A stretch of 64,000 nucleotides of DNA from Squalus acanthias (taxonomy: Eukaryota), in the NCBI GenBank assembly GCA_030390025.1, contig CM059433.1, positions 32,862,001 to 32,926,000 of the forward strand. Direction: 5' to 3'. How positions within the stretch are numbered: position 1 is the stretch's first letter; each line of letters opens with the position of its first letter. The notes beneath the pieces are model-generated. The model was given only the letters and a program-made list of their open reading frames with translations, did not search any database and was not told the DNA's origin. Shown here piece after piece: positions 30,073-48,000 of the stretch. Made by a program: the position numbers and the translations under genes.

Positions 30073-33000
30073 ATCAATCATAGATTCATTCACATAACCA
30101 ATCATATAATCTACCACATGATCAAGCACAGGATCAATTAAAGAATCAATCATAGAATCAATCACAGGAGCAATCAGAGAATCAATCACATTATCAATAA
30201 CAGAATAAATAATAGGATCATTCGCATAATCAATCACAGGATCTATCATAGAAACAATCAAATGATCAATCACAAGATCAATCATGGGACCATGACAGGA
30301 TCAATTATATAATCAATCTCATGATCAATCACAGGAACAATTATAGAATCGATCACATGATCAATCACCAGATCAATCATAGAATCATTCACATAACCAA
30401 TCATATAATCTATCACATGATCAAGCACAGGATCAATCATAGAATCAATCATAGAATCAATCACAGGAGCAATCAGAGAATCAATCACATTATCAATAAC
30501 AGAATAAATAATAGAATCATTCGCATAATCAATCACAGGATCTATCTTAGAAACAATCAAATGATCAATCACAACATCAATCATGGGACCATGACAGGAT
30601 CAATCATATAATCAATCTCATGATCAATCACAGGAACAATTATAGAATCGATCACATGATCAATCACCAGATCAATCATAGAATCAATCACATGATCAAT
30701 CACAGGATCAATCATAGAATCAATCACATGATCTGTCATAAAATCAATCACAGGATCAAGCATAGAATCAATCACAGGATCAAGGATAGAATCAATCACA
30801 GAATCAATCATAGAATCAATCATAGAATCAATCACATGACCAATCATATAATCAACCACATGATCAAGCACAGGATCAATCATAGAATCAATCATAGAAT
30901 CAAACACAGGATCAATCATAGAATCAATCACATGATCAATCATAGAATCAATCACATGATCAATCACAGGATCAATCATAGAATCAATCACATGATCTGT
31001 CATAGAATCATTCACAGGATCAAGCATAGAATCAATCACAGGATCAAGCATAGAATCAATCACAGGATCAAACATAGAATCAATCTAGAATCAATAACAT
31101 GATCAATCATAGAATCAATCACATGATCTATCACAGGATCAAACATAGAATTAATCACATTATCAATCACAGGATCAATCATAGAATCAGTCACATGATC
31201 AATCACAGGATCTATCATAGAATCAATAAAATTATCAATCATAAGATCAGTCATAGAATCGATCACAAGATCAATCATAGAATCAATCACATGAACAATC
31301 ATATAATCAAACACATGATCATGCACAGGATCAATCATAGAATCAATCATAGAATCAATCACAGGATCTATCATAGAAACAATCACATAATCAATCACAA
31401 GATCCATCATAGGATCAATCATATAATCAATCTCATGATCAATCACAGGATCAATCATAGAATCGATCACATGTTCAATCAGCAGATCAATCATAGAATT
31501 AATCACATGATCATTCACAGGAATTATCATAGGATCAATCACATGATCAATCACACAATCAATCGTAGAATCAATCACAAGATCAATCATAGAATCAATC
31601 CCAGGATCAATCATAGATTCAATCACATGATCTATCATAGAACCAATCATAGTATCAATCACAGAATCAATTATACAATAAATCAAAAATTCAGTCACTG
31701 GATCAAACATAGATTCAATCACATGATCAATCAGAGGAACAATCATAAAATCAATCATACAATCAATCAAAGGATTAATTATATAATCAATCCCAGGATA
31801 AATCATGGAATGAATCACAGGATCAATCTCAGGATCAATCATGGAATCAATCACAGGATCAATCATAGAATCAATCACAGGATCGAGCATAGAATCAATC
31901 ACAGGATCAAGCATAGAATCAATCACATGATCAATCACAAGATCAATCATAGAATCAGTCACATGATCAATCACAGGATCTATCATAGAATCAATAATTG
32001 TAATCAATCATAAGATCAGTCATAGAATCAATCACAAGATCAATCATAGAATCAATCACATGATCTGTCATAGAATCAGTCACAGGATCAATCACATGAT
32101 CAATCATAGGCTCAAACATAGAAGGAATCACATGATCAATCACAGGGTCTATAATAGAAACAATCACATGATCAATCACAAGATCAAACATAGAATCATC
32201 ACAGGATCATTTATAGAATGAATCACAGGATCAACATATAAACAATCACATTATCAATCACAGGATCAATCATAGAATCAGTCAGATGATCAATCACAGG
32301 ATCCATCATAGAATCAATAAAATAATCAATCATAAGATCAGTCATAGAATCAATCAGAAGATCAATCACATGACCAATCATATAATCAACCATATGATCA
32401 AGCACAGGATCAATCATAGAATCAATCATAGAATCAAACACAGGATCAATCATAGAATCAATCACAAGATCAATCATAGAATCAGTCACATGATGAATCA
32501 CAGGATCTACCATAGAATCAATAAAATAATCAATCATAAGATCAATCATAGAATCAAACACAGGATCAATCATAGAATCAATCACATGATCAATCATAGA
32601 ATCAATCACATGATCAATCACAGGATCAATCACAAGATCAATCATGGAACCATCACAGGATCAATCATTTGATTAATCTCATGATCAATCACAGGATCAA
32701 TCATACAATCAATCACATGATCAATCACCAGATCAATCACAGAATCAATCAAATGATCAATCACAGTATGTATCATAGACTCAATCACATGATCAATCAT
32801 AGAATCAATCACAGGATCAATCATAGAATCAATCACATCATCTATCATATAACCAATCATAGAATCAATCACAGGATCAATTATAGAATCAATCAAATGT
32901 TCATTCACAGGATCAATCATAGAATCAACCACAGGATCAATAATGTGATCAATCACATGATCAATCAGAGGAACAATCATAAAATCAATCATAGAATCAA

Positions 33001-36000
33001 TCACAGGATTAATTATATAATCAATCACGGATCAAGCATAGAATCAATCACATGATCATTCACAGGATCAATCACAGAATCAATGACATTATCAACCACA
33101 GGATCAATCATCGAATCATTCACATGATCAATCACAGGATCTATCATAGAATCAATTAAATAATCAATCATAAGAACAGTCATAGAATTAATTACAGGAT
33201 CAATCATAGAATCAATCACATGATCAATCACAAGATCAATCTTATAATCAATCACATGATCAATCATAGAATCAGTCACATGATCAATCACAGGATCAAT
33301 CATAGAATCAATCACATGATCTGTCATAGAATCATTCACAGGATCAATCACATGATCAATCATAGTCTCAGTCATAGAATGAATCACATGATCAATCGCA
33401 GGCTCAATCATAGAATCAATCATATGATCAGTTAAACAATCAACATAGAATCAATCACATGATCAATCACAGGTTCAATCATAGAATCAATCCCTGTATC
33501 AATCATAGAATAAATCACATGGACAATCACAGGATCTATCATAGTATCAATCAAATGATCAATCATAAGATCAGTCATGGAATCAATTACAGGATCAATC
33601 ATAGCATCAATCACATGATCAATCACAAGGTGAATCACATGATCAATCTTAGAATCATTCACATGATCAATCACAGGATCAATCATAGATTCAGTCACAG
33701 GATCAAGCATAGAATCAATCACAGGATCAATCATAGAATCAATCATAGAATCAATAACATGATCAATCATACAATCAATCACATGATCAATCACAAGATC
33801 AATCATAGAATCAGTCACATGATCAATCAGCGGATCTATCATAGAATCAATAAAATAATCAACCATAAGATCAGTCATAGAATCAATCACAAGATCAATC
33901 ATAGAATCAATCACATGACCAATCATATAATCAACCACATGATCTAGCACAGGATCATAATAGAATCAATCATAGAATCAATCACAGGATCAATCATAGA
34001 ATCAATCACATGATCAATCACAGGATCAATCATAAAATCAATCACATGATCTGTCATAGAATCAGTCACAGGATCAATCACATGATCAATCATAGGCTCA
34101 AACATAGAAGGAATCACATGATCAATCACAGGATCTATCATAGAATCAATCACATGATCAGTTACACAATCAAACATAGAATCAATCACATGATCAATCA
34201 CAGGATCAATCATAGAATCAATCACATGATCAATCACAGGATCAATCATAGAATCAATCACATGATCTGTCATAGAATCATTCACAGGATCAATCACATG
34301 ATCAATCATAGTCTCAGTCATAGAATGAATCACATGATCAATCGCAGGCTCAATCATAGAATCAATCATATGATCAGTTAAACAATCAACATAGAATCAA
34401 TCACATGATCAATCACAGGTTCAATCATAGAATCAATCCCTGTATCAATCATAGAATAAATCACATGGACAATCACAGGATCTATCATAGTATCAATCAA
34501 ATGATCAATCATAAGATCAGTCATGGAATCAATTACAGGATCAATCATAGCATCAATCACATGATCAATCACAAGGTGAATCACATGATCAATCTTAGAA
34601 TCATTCACATGATCAATCACAGGATCAATCATAGATTCAGTCACAGGATCAAGCATAGAATCAATCACAGGATCAATCATAGAATCAATCATAGAATCAA
34701 TAACATGATCAATCATACAATCAATCACATGATCAATCACAAGATCAATCATAGAATCAGTCACATGATCAATCAGCGGATCTATCATAGAATCAATAAA
34801 ATAATCAACCATAAGATCAGTCATAGAATCAATCACAAGATCAATCATAGAATCAATCACATGACCAATCATATAATCAACCACATGATCTAGCACAGGA
34901 TCATAATAGAATCAATCATAGAATCAATCACAGGATCAATCATAGAATCAATCACATGATCAATCACAGGATCAATCATAAAATCAATCACATGATCTGT
35001 CATAGAATCAGTCACAGGATCAATCACATGATCAATCATAGGCTCAAACATAGAAGGAATCACATGATCAATCACAGGATCTATCATAGAATCAATCACA
35101 TGATCAGTTACACAATCAAACATAGAATCAATCACATGATCAATCACAGGATCAATCATAGAATCAATCACATGATCTGTCATAGAATCATTCACAGGAT
35201 CAATCACATGATCAATCATAGTCTCAGTCATAGAATGAATCACATGATCAATCGCAGGCTCAATCATAGAATCAATCATATGATCAGTTAAACAATCAAC
35301 ATAGAATCAATCACATGATCAATCACAGGTTCAATCATAGAATCAATCCCTGTATCAATCATAGAATAAATCACATGGACAATCACAGGATCTATCATAG
35401 TATCAATCAAATGATCAATCATAAGATCAGTCATGGAATCAATTACAGGATCAATCATAGCATCAATCACATGATCAATCACAGGATCAATCATAGAATC
35501 AATCATAGAATCAAACACAGGATCAATCATAGAATCAATCATATGATCAATCATAGAATCAATCACATGACCAATCACAAGGTGAATCACATGATCAATC
35601 TTAGAATCATTCACATGATCAATCACAGGATCAATCATAGAATCAATCACAGGATCAATCATACAATCAATCACAGGATCAATCATACAATCAATCATAG
35701 AATCAATAGCATGATCAATCATAGAATCAATCACATGATCAATCACAGGATCAATCATTGAATCAATCACATTATCAATCACAGGATCAATCATCGAATC
35801 ATTCACATGATCAATCACAGGATCAATCATAGAATCAATCATAGAATCAATAACATGATCAATCATACAATCAATCACATGATCAATCACAAGATATATC
35901 ATAGAATCAGTCACATGATCAATCAGAGGATCTATCATAGAATCAATAAAATAATCAATCATAAGATCAGTCATAGAATCAATCACAAGATCAATCATAG

Positions 36001-39000
36001 AATCAATCACATGACCAATCATATAATCAACCACATGATCTAGCACAGGATCATAATAGAATCAATCATAGAATCAATCACAGGATCAATCCCACGATCA
36101 ATCATAGATTCAATCACATGATCTATCATAGAACCAATCATTGTATCAATCATAGAATCAATCACATTATCAATCACATGATCTGTCATAGAATCAGTCA
36201 CAGGATCAATCACATGATCAATCATAGGCTCAAACATAGAAGGAATCACATGATCAATCACAGGGTCTATCATAGAATCAATCACATGATCAGTTACACA
36301 ATCAAACATAGAATCAATCACATGATCAATCACAGGATCAATCATAGAATCAATCACATGATCAATCACAGGATCAATCATAAAATCAATCACATGATCT
36401 GTCATAGAATCAATCACAGGATCCAGTATAGAATTAATCACAGGATCAAGCATAGAATCAATCACAGGATCAATCATAGAATCAATCATAGAATCAATCA
36501 TAGAATCAATAACATGATCAATCATAGAATCAATCACATGATCAATCACAGGATCTATCATAGAATCAATAAAATAATCAGTCATAAGATCAGTCATAGA
36601 ATCAATCACAAGATCAATCATAGAATCAATCACATGACCAATCATGTAATCAACCACATGATCATGCACAGGATCAATCATAGAATCAATCATAGAATCA
36701 AACACAGGATCAATCATAGAATCAATCACAGGATCAATCATAGAATCAATCCCAGTATCAATCATAGTATCAATCACATGGTCAATCACAGGATCAATCA
36801 TAGAATCAATCACATTATTAATCACAGGCAAATCATAGAATCATTCACATAATCAATCACAGGATCTATCATAGAAACAATCACATAATCAATCACAAGA
36901 TCAATCATGGGACCATCATAGTATCAATCATATCATCAATCTCATGATCAATCACAGGCTCAATCATAGAATCGATCACATGATCAATCAACAGATCAAA
37001 CATAGAATTAATCACATGATCATTCACAGGACGTATCATAGGATCAAGCACATGATCAATCACACAATCAATCGTAGAATCAATCACATGATCAATCAGA
37101 GGAACATTCATAAAATCAATCATAGAATCAATCAAAGGATTAATTATATAATCAATCCCAGGATCAATCATGGAAACAATCACAGGATCAATCACAGGAT
37201 CAATCATAGAATCAATCACAGGATCAATCATAGAATCAGTCATAGAATCAATAACATGACCAATCATATAATCAACCACATGATCTAGCACAGGATCATA
37301 ATAGAATCAATCATAGAATCAATCACAGGATCAATCATAGAATCAATCACAGGATCAAGCACAGAATCAATCACAGGATCAAGCATAGAATCAGTCATAG
37401 AATCAATTACATGACCAATCATATAATCAACCACATGATCCAGCACAGGATCATAATAGAATCAATCGCAGAATCAATCACAGGATCAATCATAGAATCA
37501 GTCAGATGATCAATCACAGGATCAATCATAGATTCAATCACATGATCTATCATCGAACCAATCATTGTATCAATCATAGTATCAATCACATGGTCAATCA
37601 CAGGATCAATCATAGAATCAATCACATTATTAATCACAGGCAAATCATAGAATCATTCACATAATCAATCACAGGATCTATCATAGAAACAATCACATAA
37701 TCAATCACAAGATCAATCATGGGACCTTCATAGTATCAATCATATCATCAATCTCATGATCAATCACAGGCTCAATCATAGAATCGATCACATGATCAAT
37801 CACACAATCAATCGTAGAATCAATCACATGATCAATCAGAGGAACATTCATAAAATCAATCATAGAATCAATCAAAGGATTAATTATATAATCAATCCCA
37901 GGATCAATCATGGAAACAATCACAGGATCAATCACAGGATCAATCATAGAATCAATCACAGGATCAATCATAGAATCAGTCATAGAATCAATAACATGAC
38001 CAATCATATAATCAACCACATGATCTAGCACAGGATCATAATAGAATCAATCATAGAATCAATCACAGGATCAATCATAGAATCAATCACAGGATCAAGC
38101 ATAGAATCAGTCATAGAATCAATTACATGACCAATCATATAATCAACCACATGATCCAGCACAGGATCATAATAGAATCAATTGCAGAATCAATCACAGG
38201 ATCAATCATAGAATCAGTCAGATGATCAATCACAGGATCTATCATAGATTCAATCACATGATCTATCATAGAACCAATCATTGTATCAATCATAGAATCA
38301 ATCACATTATCAATCACATGATCTGTCATAGAATCAGTCACAGGATCAATCACATGATCAATCATAGGCTCAAACATAGAAGGAATCACACGATCAATCA
38401 CAGGGTCTATCATAGAATCAATCACATGATCAGTTACACAATCAAACATAGAATCAATCACATGATCAATCACAGGATCAATCATAGAATCAATCACATG
38501 ATCAATCACAAGATCAATCATAGAATCAGTCACATGATCAATCAGCAGATCTATCATAGAATCAATAAAATAATCAATCATAAGATCAGTCATAGAATCA
38601 ATCACAAGATCAATCATAGAATCAATCACATGACCAATCATATAATCAACCACATGATCTAGCACATGATCATAATAGAATCAATCATAGAATCAATCAC
38701 AGGATCAATCATAGAATCAATCAAATGATCAATCACAGGATCAATCATAGAATCAATCACATGATCAATCACAGGATCAATCATAGAATCAATCACATGA
38801 TCTGTCATAGAATCATTCACAGGATCAATCACATGATCAATCATAGTCTCAGTCATAGAATGAATCACATGATCAATCGCAGGCTCAATCATAGAATCAA
38901 TCATATGATCAGTTAAACAATCAACATAGAATCAATCACATGATCAATCACAGGTTCAATCATAGAATCAATCCCTGTATCAATCATAGAATAAATCACA

Positions 39001-42000
39001 TGGACAATCACATGATCTATCATAGTATCAATCAAATGATCAATCATAAGATCAGTCATGGAATCAATTACAGGATCAATCATAGAATCAGTCAGATGAT
39101 CAATCACAGGATCTATCATAGATTCAATCATAGAATCAAACACAGGATCAATCATAGAATCAATCATATGATCAATCATAGAATCAATCACATGACCAAT
39201 CACAAGGTGAATCACATGATCAATCTTAGAATCATTCACATGATCAATCACAGGATCAATCATAGAATCAATCACAGGATCAATCATACAATCAATCACA
39301 GGATCAATCATACAATCAATCATAGAATCAATAGCATGATCAATCATAGAATCAATCACATTATCAATCACAGGATCAATCATCGAATCATTCACATGAT
39401 CAATCACAGGATCAATCATAGAATCAATCATAGAATCAATAACATGATCAATCATACAATCAATCACATGATCAATCACAAGATCAATCATAGAATCAGT
39501 CACATGATCAATCAGAGGATCTATCATAGAATCAATAAAATAATCAATCATAAGATCAGTCATAGAATCAATCACAAGATCAATCATAGAATCAATCACA
39601 TGACCAATCATATAATCAACCACATGATCTAGCACAGGATCATAATAGAATCAATCATAGAATCAATCACAGGATCAATCCCACGATCAATCATAGATTC
39701 AATCACATGATCTATCATAGAACCAATCATTGTATCAATCATAGAATCAATCACATTATCAATCACATGATCTGTCATAGAATCAGTCACAGGATCAATC
39801 ACATGATCAATCATAGGCTCAAACATAGAAGGAATCACATGATCAATCACAGGGTCTATCATAGAATCAATCACATGATCAGTTACACAATCAAACATAG
39901 AATCAATCACATGATCAATCACAGGATCAATCATAGAATCAATCACATGATCAATCACAGGATCAATCATAAAATCAATCACATGATCTGTCATAGAATC
40001 AATCACAGGATCCAGTATAGAATTAATCACAGGATCAAGCATAGAATCAATCACAGGATCAATCATAGAATCAATCATAGAATCAATCATAGAATCAATA
40101 ACATGATCAATCATAGAATCAATCACATGATCAATCACAGGATCTATCATAGAATCAATCAAATAATCAGTCATAAGATCAGTCATAGAATCAATCAGAA
40201 GATCAATCATAGAATCAATCACATGATCAATCACAGGATCTATCATAGAATCAATCAAATAATCAGTCATAAGATCAGTCATAGAATCAATCAGAAGATC
40301 AATCATAGAATCAAGCACATGACCAATCATGTAATCAACCACATGATCATGCACAGGATCAATCATAGAATCAATCATAGAATCAAACACAGGATCAATC
40401 ATAGAATCAATCACAGGATCAATCATAGAATCAATCCCAGTATCAATCATAGTATCAATCACATGGTCAATCACAGGATCAATCATAGAATCAATCACAT
40501 TATTAATCACAGGCAAATCATAGAATCATTCACATAATCAATCACAGGATCTATCATAGAAACAATCACATAATCAATCACAAGATCAATCATGGGACCT
40601 TCATAGTATCAATCATATCATCAATCTCATGATCAATCACAGGCTCAATCATAGAATCGATCACATGATCAATCACACAATCAATCGTAGAATCAATCAC
40701 ATGATCAATCAGAGGAACATTCATAAAATCAATCATAGAATCAATCAAAGGATTAATTATATAATCAATCCCAGGATCAATCATGGAAACAATCACAGGA
40801 TCAATCACAGGATCAATCATAGAATCAATCACAGGATCAATCATAGAATCAGTCATAGAATCAATAACATGACCAATCATATAATCAACCACATGATCTA
40901 GCACAGGATCATAATAGAATCAATCATAGAATCAATCACAGGATCAATCATAGAATCAATCACAGGATCAAGCATAGAATCAGTCATAGAATCAATTACA
41001 TGACCAATCATATAATCAACCACATGATCCAGCACAGGATCATAATAGAATCAATCGCAGAATCAATCACAGGATCAATCATAGAATCAGTCAGATGATC
41101 AATCACAGGATCAATCATAGATTCAATCACATGATCTATCATAGAACCAATCATTGTATCAATCATAGAATCAATCACATTATCAATCACATGATCTGTC
41201 ATAGAATCAGTCACAGGATCAATCACATGATCAATCATAGGCTCAAACATAGAAGGAATCACACGATCAATCACAGGGTCTATCATAGAATCAATCACAT
41301 GATCAGTTACACAATCAAACATAGAATCAATCACATGATCAATCACAGGATCAATCATAGAATCAATCACATGATCAATCACAAGATCAATCATAGAATC
41401 AGTCACATGATCAATCAGCGGATCTATCATAGAATCAATAAAATAATCAATCATAAGATCAGTCATAGAATCAATCACAAGATCAATCATAGAATCAATC
41501 ACATGACCAATCATATAATCAACCACATGATCTAGCACATGATCATAATAGAATCAATCATAGAATCAATCACAGGATCAATCATAGAATCAATCACATG
41601 ATCAATCACAGGATCAATCATAAAATCAATCACATGATCTGTCATAGAATCAGTCACAGGATCAATCACATGATCAATCATAGGCTCAAACATAGAAGGA
41701 ATCACATGATCAATCACAGGATGTATCATAGAATCAATCACATGATCAGTTACACAATCAAACATAGAATCAATCAAATGATCAATCACAGGATCAATCA
41801 TAGAATCAATCACATGATCAATCACAGGATCAATCATAGAATCAATCACATGATCTGTCATAGAATCATTCACAGGATCAATCACATGATCAATCATAGT
41901 CTCAGTCATAGAATGAATCACATGATCAATCGCAGGCTCAATCATAGAATCAATCATATGATCAGTTAAACAATCAACATAGAATCAATCACATGATCAA

Positions 42001-45000
42001 TCACAGGTTCAATCATAGAATCAATCCCTGTATCAATCATAGAATAAATCACATGGACAATCACAGGATCTATCATAGTATCAATCAAATGATCAATCAT
42101 AAGATCAGTCATGGAATCAATTACAGGATCAATCATAGCATCAATCACATGATCAATCACAGGATCAATCATAGAATCAATCACATGATCTATCATAGAA
42201 CCAATCATTGTATCAATCATAGAATCAATCACATTATCAATCACATGATCTGTCATAGAATCAGTCACAGGATCAATCACATGATCAATCATAGGCTCAA
42301 ACATAGAAGGAATCACATGATCAATCACAGGGTCTATCATAGAATCAATCACATGATCAGTTACACAATCAAACATAGAATCAATCACATGATCAATCAC
42401 AGGATCAATCATAGAATCAATCACATGATCAATCACAGGATCAATCATAAAATCAATCACATGATCTGTCATAGAATCAATCACAGGATCCAGTATAGAA
42501 TTAATCACAGGATCAAGCATAGAATCAATCACAGGATCAATCATAGAATCAATCATAGAATCAATCATAGAATCAATAACATGATCAATCATAGAATCAA
42601 TCACATGATCAATCACAGGATCTATCATAGAATCAATAAAATAATCAGTCATAAGATCAGTCATAGAATCAATCACAAGATCAATCATAGAATCAATCAC
42701 ATGACCAATCATGTAATCAACCACATGATCATGCACAGGATCAATCATAGAATCAATCATAGAATCAAACACAGGATCAATCATAGAATCAATCACAGGA
42801 TCAATCATAGAATCAATCCCAGTATCAATCATAGTATCAATCACATGGTCAATCACAGGATCAATCATAGAATCAATCACATTATTAATCACAGGCAAAT
42901 CATAGAATCATTCACATAATCAATCACAGGATCTATCATAGAAACAATCACATAATCAATCACAAGATCAATCATGGGACCATCATAGTATCAATCATAT
43001 CATCAATCTCATGATCAATCACAGGCTCAATCATAGAATCGATCACATGATCAATCAACAGATCAAACATAGAATTAATCACATGATCATTCACAGGACG
43101 TATCATAGGATCAAGCACATGATCAATCACACAATCAATCGTAGAATCAATCACATGATCAATCAGAGGAACATTCATAAAATCAATCATAGAATCAATC
43201 AAAGGATTAATTATATAATCAATCCCAGGATCAATCATGGAAACAATCACAGGATCAATCACAGGATCAATCATAGAATCAATCACAGGATCAATCATAG
43301 AATCAGTCATAGAATCAATAACATGACCAATCATATAATCAACCACATGATCTAGCACAGGATCATAATAGAATCAATCATAGAATCAATCACAGGATCA
43401 ATCATAGAATCAATCACAGGATCAAGCACAGAATCAATCACAGGATCAAGCATAGAATCAGTCATAGAATCAATTACATGACCAATCATATAATCAACCA
43501 CATGATCCAGCACAGGATCATAATAGAATCAATCGCAGAATCAATCACAGGATCAATCATAGAATCAGTCAGATGATCAATCACAGGATCTATCATAGAT
43601 TCAATCACATGATCTATCATCGAACCAATCATTGTATCAATCATAGAATCAATCACATGATCAATCACAGGATCTATCATAGAATCAATCACATGATCAG
43701 TTACACAATCAAACATAGAATCAATCAAATGATCAATCACAGGATCAATCATAGAATCAATCACATGATCAATCACAGGATCAATCATAGAATCAATCAC
43801 ATGATCTGTCATAGAATCATTCACAGGATCAATCACATGATCAATCATAGTCTCAGTCATAGAATGAATCACATGATCAATCGCAGGCTCAATCATAGAA
43901 TCAATCATATGATCAGTTAAACAATCAACATAGAATCAATCACATGATCAATCACAGGTTCAATCATAGAATCAATCCCTGTATCAATCATAGAATAAAT
44001 CACATGGACAATCACATGATCTATCATAGTATCAATCAAATGATCAATCATAAGATCAGTCATGGAATCAATTACAGGATCAATCATAGAATCAGTCAGA
44101 TGATCAATCACAGGATCTATCATAGATTCAATCATAGAATCAAACACAGGATCAATCATAGAATCAATCATATGATCAATCATAGAATCAATCACATGAC
44201 CAATCACAAGGTGAATCACATGATCAATCTTAGAATCATTCACATGATCAATCACAGGATCAATCATAGAATCAATCACAGGATCAATCATACAATCAAT
44301 CACAGGATCAATCATACAATCAATCATAGAATCAATAGCATGATCAATCATAGAATCAATCACATTATCAATCACAGGATCAATCATCGAATCATTCACA
44401 TGATCAATCACAGGATCAATCATAGAATCAATCATAGAATCAATAACATGATCAATCATACAATCAATCACATGATCAATCACAAGATCAATCATAGAAT
44501 CAGTCACATGATCAATCAGAGGATCTATCATAGAATCAATAAAATAATCAATCATAAGATCAGTCATAGAATCAATCACAAGATCAATCATAGAATCAAT
44601 CACATGACCAATCATATAATCAACCACATGATCTAGCACAGGATCATAATAGAATCAATCATAGAATCAATCACAGGATCAATCCCACGATCAATCATAG
44701 ATTCAATCACATGATCTATCATAGAACCAATCATTGTATCAATCATAGAATCAATCACATTATCAATCACATGATCTGTCATAGAATCAGTCACAGGATC
44801 AATCACATGATCAATCATAGGCTCAAACATAGAAGGAATCACATGATCAATCACAGGGTCTATCATAGAATCAATCACATGATCAGTTACACAATCAAAC
44901 ATAGAATCAATCACATGATCAATCACAGGATCAAGCATAGAATCAATCACATGATCAATCACAGGATCAATCATAAAATCAATCACATGATCTGTCATAG

Positions 45001-48000
45001 AATCAATCACAGGATCCAGTATAGAATTAATCACAGGATCAAGCATAGAATCAATCACAGGATCAATCATAGAATCAATCATAGAATCAATCATAGAATC
45101 AATAACATGATCAATCATAGAATCAATCACATGATCAATCACAGGATCTATCATAGAATCAATCAAATAATCAGTCATAAGATCAGTCATAGAATCAATC
45201 AGAAGATCAATCATAGAATCAATCACATGATCAATCACAGGATCTATCATAGAATCAATCAAATAATCAGTCATAAGATCAGTCATAGAATCAATCAGAA
45301 GATCAATCATAGAATCAATCACATGACCAATCATGTAATCAACCACATGATCATGCACAGGATCAATCATAGAATCAATCATAGAATCAAACACAGGATC
45401 AATCATAGAATCAATCACAGGATCAATCATAGAATCAATCCCAGTATCAATCATAGTATCAATCACATGGTCAATCACAGGATCAATCATAGAATCAATC
45501 ACATTATTAATCACAGGCAAATCATAGAATCATTCACATAATCAATCACAGGATCTATCATAGAAACAATCACATAATCAATCACAAGATCAATCATGGG
45601 ACCTTCATAGTATCAATCATATCATCAATCTCATGATCAATCACAGGCTCAATCATAGAATCGATCACATGATCAATCACACAATCAATCGTAGAATCAA
45701 TCACATGATCAATCAGAGGAACATTCATAAAATCAATCATAGAATCAATCAAAGGATTAATTATATAATCAATCCCAGGATCAATCATGGAAACAATCAC
45801 AGGATCAATCACAGGATCAATCATAGAATCAATCACAGGATCAATCATAGAATCAGTCATAGAATCAATAACATGACCAATCATATAATCAACCACATGA
45901 TCTAGCACAGGATCATAATAGAATCAATCATAGAATCAATCACAGGATCAATCATAGAATCAATCACAGGATCAAGCATAGAATCAGTCATAGAATCAAT
46001 TACATGACCAATCATATAATCAACCACATGATCCAGCACAGGATCATAATAGAATCAATCGCAGAATCAATCACAGGATCAATCATAGAATCAGTCAGAT
46101 GATCAATCACAGGATCTATCATAGATTCAATCACATGATCTATCATAGAACCAATCATTGTATCAATCATAGAATCAATCACATTATCAATCACATGATC
46201 TGTCATAGAATCAGTCACAGGATCAATCACATGATCAATCATAGGCTCAAAAATAGAAGGAATCACACGATCAATCACAGGGTCTATCATAGAATCAATC
46301 ACATGATCAGTTACACAATCAAACATAGAATCAATCACATGATCAATCACAGGATCAATCATAGAATCAATCACATGATCAATCACAAGATCAATCATAG
46401 AATCAGTCACATGATCAATCAGCGGATCTATCATAGAATCAATAAAATAATCAATCATAAGATCAGTCATAGAATCAATCACAAGATCAATCATAGAATC
46501 AATCACATGACCAATCATATAATCAACCACATGATCTAGCACAGGATCATAATAGAATCAATCATAGAATCAATCACAGGATCAATCATAGAATCAATCA
46601 CATGATCAATCACAGGATCAATCATAAAATCAATCACATGATCTGTCATAGAATCAGTCACAGGATCAATCACATGATCAATCATAGGCTCAAACATAGA
46701 AGGAATCACATGATCAATCACAGGATCTATCATAGAATCAATCACATGATCAGTTACACAATCAAACATAGAATCAATCAAATGATCAATCACAGGATCA
46801 ATCATAGAATCAATCACATGATCAATCACAGGATCAATCATAGAATCAATCACATGATCTGTCATAGAATCATTCACAGGATCAATCACATGATCAATCA
46901 TAGTCTCAGTCATAGAATGAATCACATGATCAATCGCAGGCTCAATCATAGAATCAATCATATGATCAGTTAAACAATCAACATAGAATCAATCACATGA
47001 TCAATCACAGGTTCAATCATAGAATCAATCCCTGTATCAATCATAGAATAAATCACATGGACAATCACAGGATCTATCATAGTATCAATCAAATGATCAA
47101 TCATAAGATCAGTCATGGAATCAATTACAGGATCAATCATAGAATCAGTCAGATGATCAATCACAGGATCTATCATAGATTCAATCACATGATCTATCAT
47201 AGAACCAATCATTGTATCAATCATAGAATCAATCACATTATCAATCACATGATCTGTCATAGAATCAGTCACAGGATCAATCACATGATCAATCATAGGC
47301 TCAAACATAGAAGGAATCACACGATCAATCACAGGGTCTATCATAGAATCAATCACATGATCAGTTACACAATGAAACATAGAATCAATCACATGATCAA
47401 TCACAGGATCAATCATAGAATCAATCACATGATCAATCACAGGATCAATCATAAAATCAAACACATGATCTGTCATAGAATCAGTCACAGGATCAATCAC
47501 ATGATCAATCACAGGCTCTATCATAGAAACAATCACATGATCAATCACAAGATCAATCATTGAATCATCACAGGATCATTCATAGAATCAATCACAAGCT
47601 CAATCATAGAATCAATCACATGATCAATCACAGGATCAATCATAAAATCAATCACAAGATCTGTCGTAGAATCAAACACAGGATCAATCACATGATCAAT
47701 CATAGGCTCAAACATAGAAGGAATCACATGATCAATCACAGGGTCTGTCATAGAATCAATCACATGATCAGTTACACAATGAAACATAGAATCAATCATA
47801 TGATCAATCACAGGATCAATCATAGAATCAAACACAGGATCAATCATAGAATCAATCTAATGATCAATCATAGAATCAATCACATGATCAATCACAGGAA
47901 CAATCACAAGATCAATCATGGGACCATCACAGGATCAATTAAATGATCAATCTCATGATTAATCACAGGATCAATCATACAATCAATCACATGATCAATC

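Larger units (their letters stand above)
27135..31350. repeat. Tandem duplication of a 2,095-bp unit (satellite + SINE)
   Basis: Identical track ORFs at a constant offset of 2,095 (27903/29998, 28187/30282, 28226/30321); outer boundaries approximate. Confidence 0.9.
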
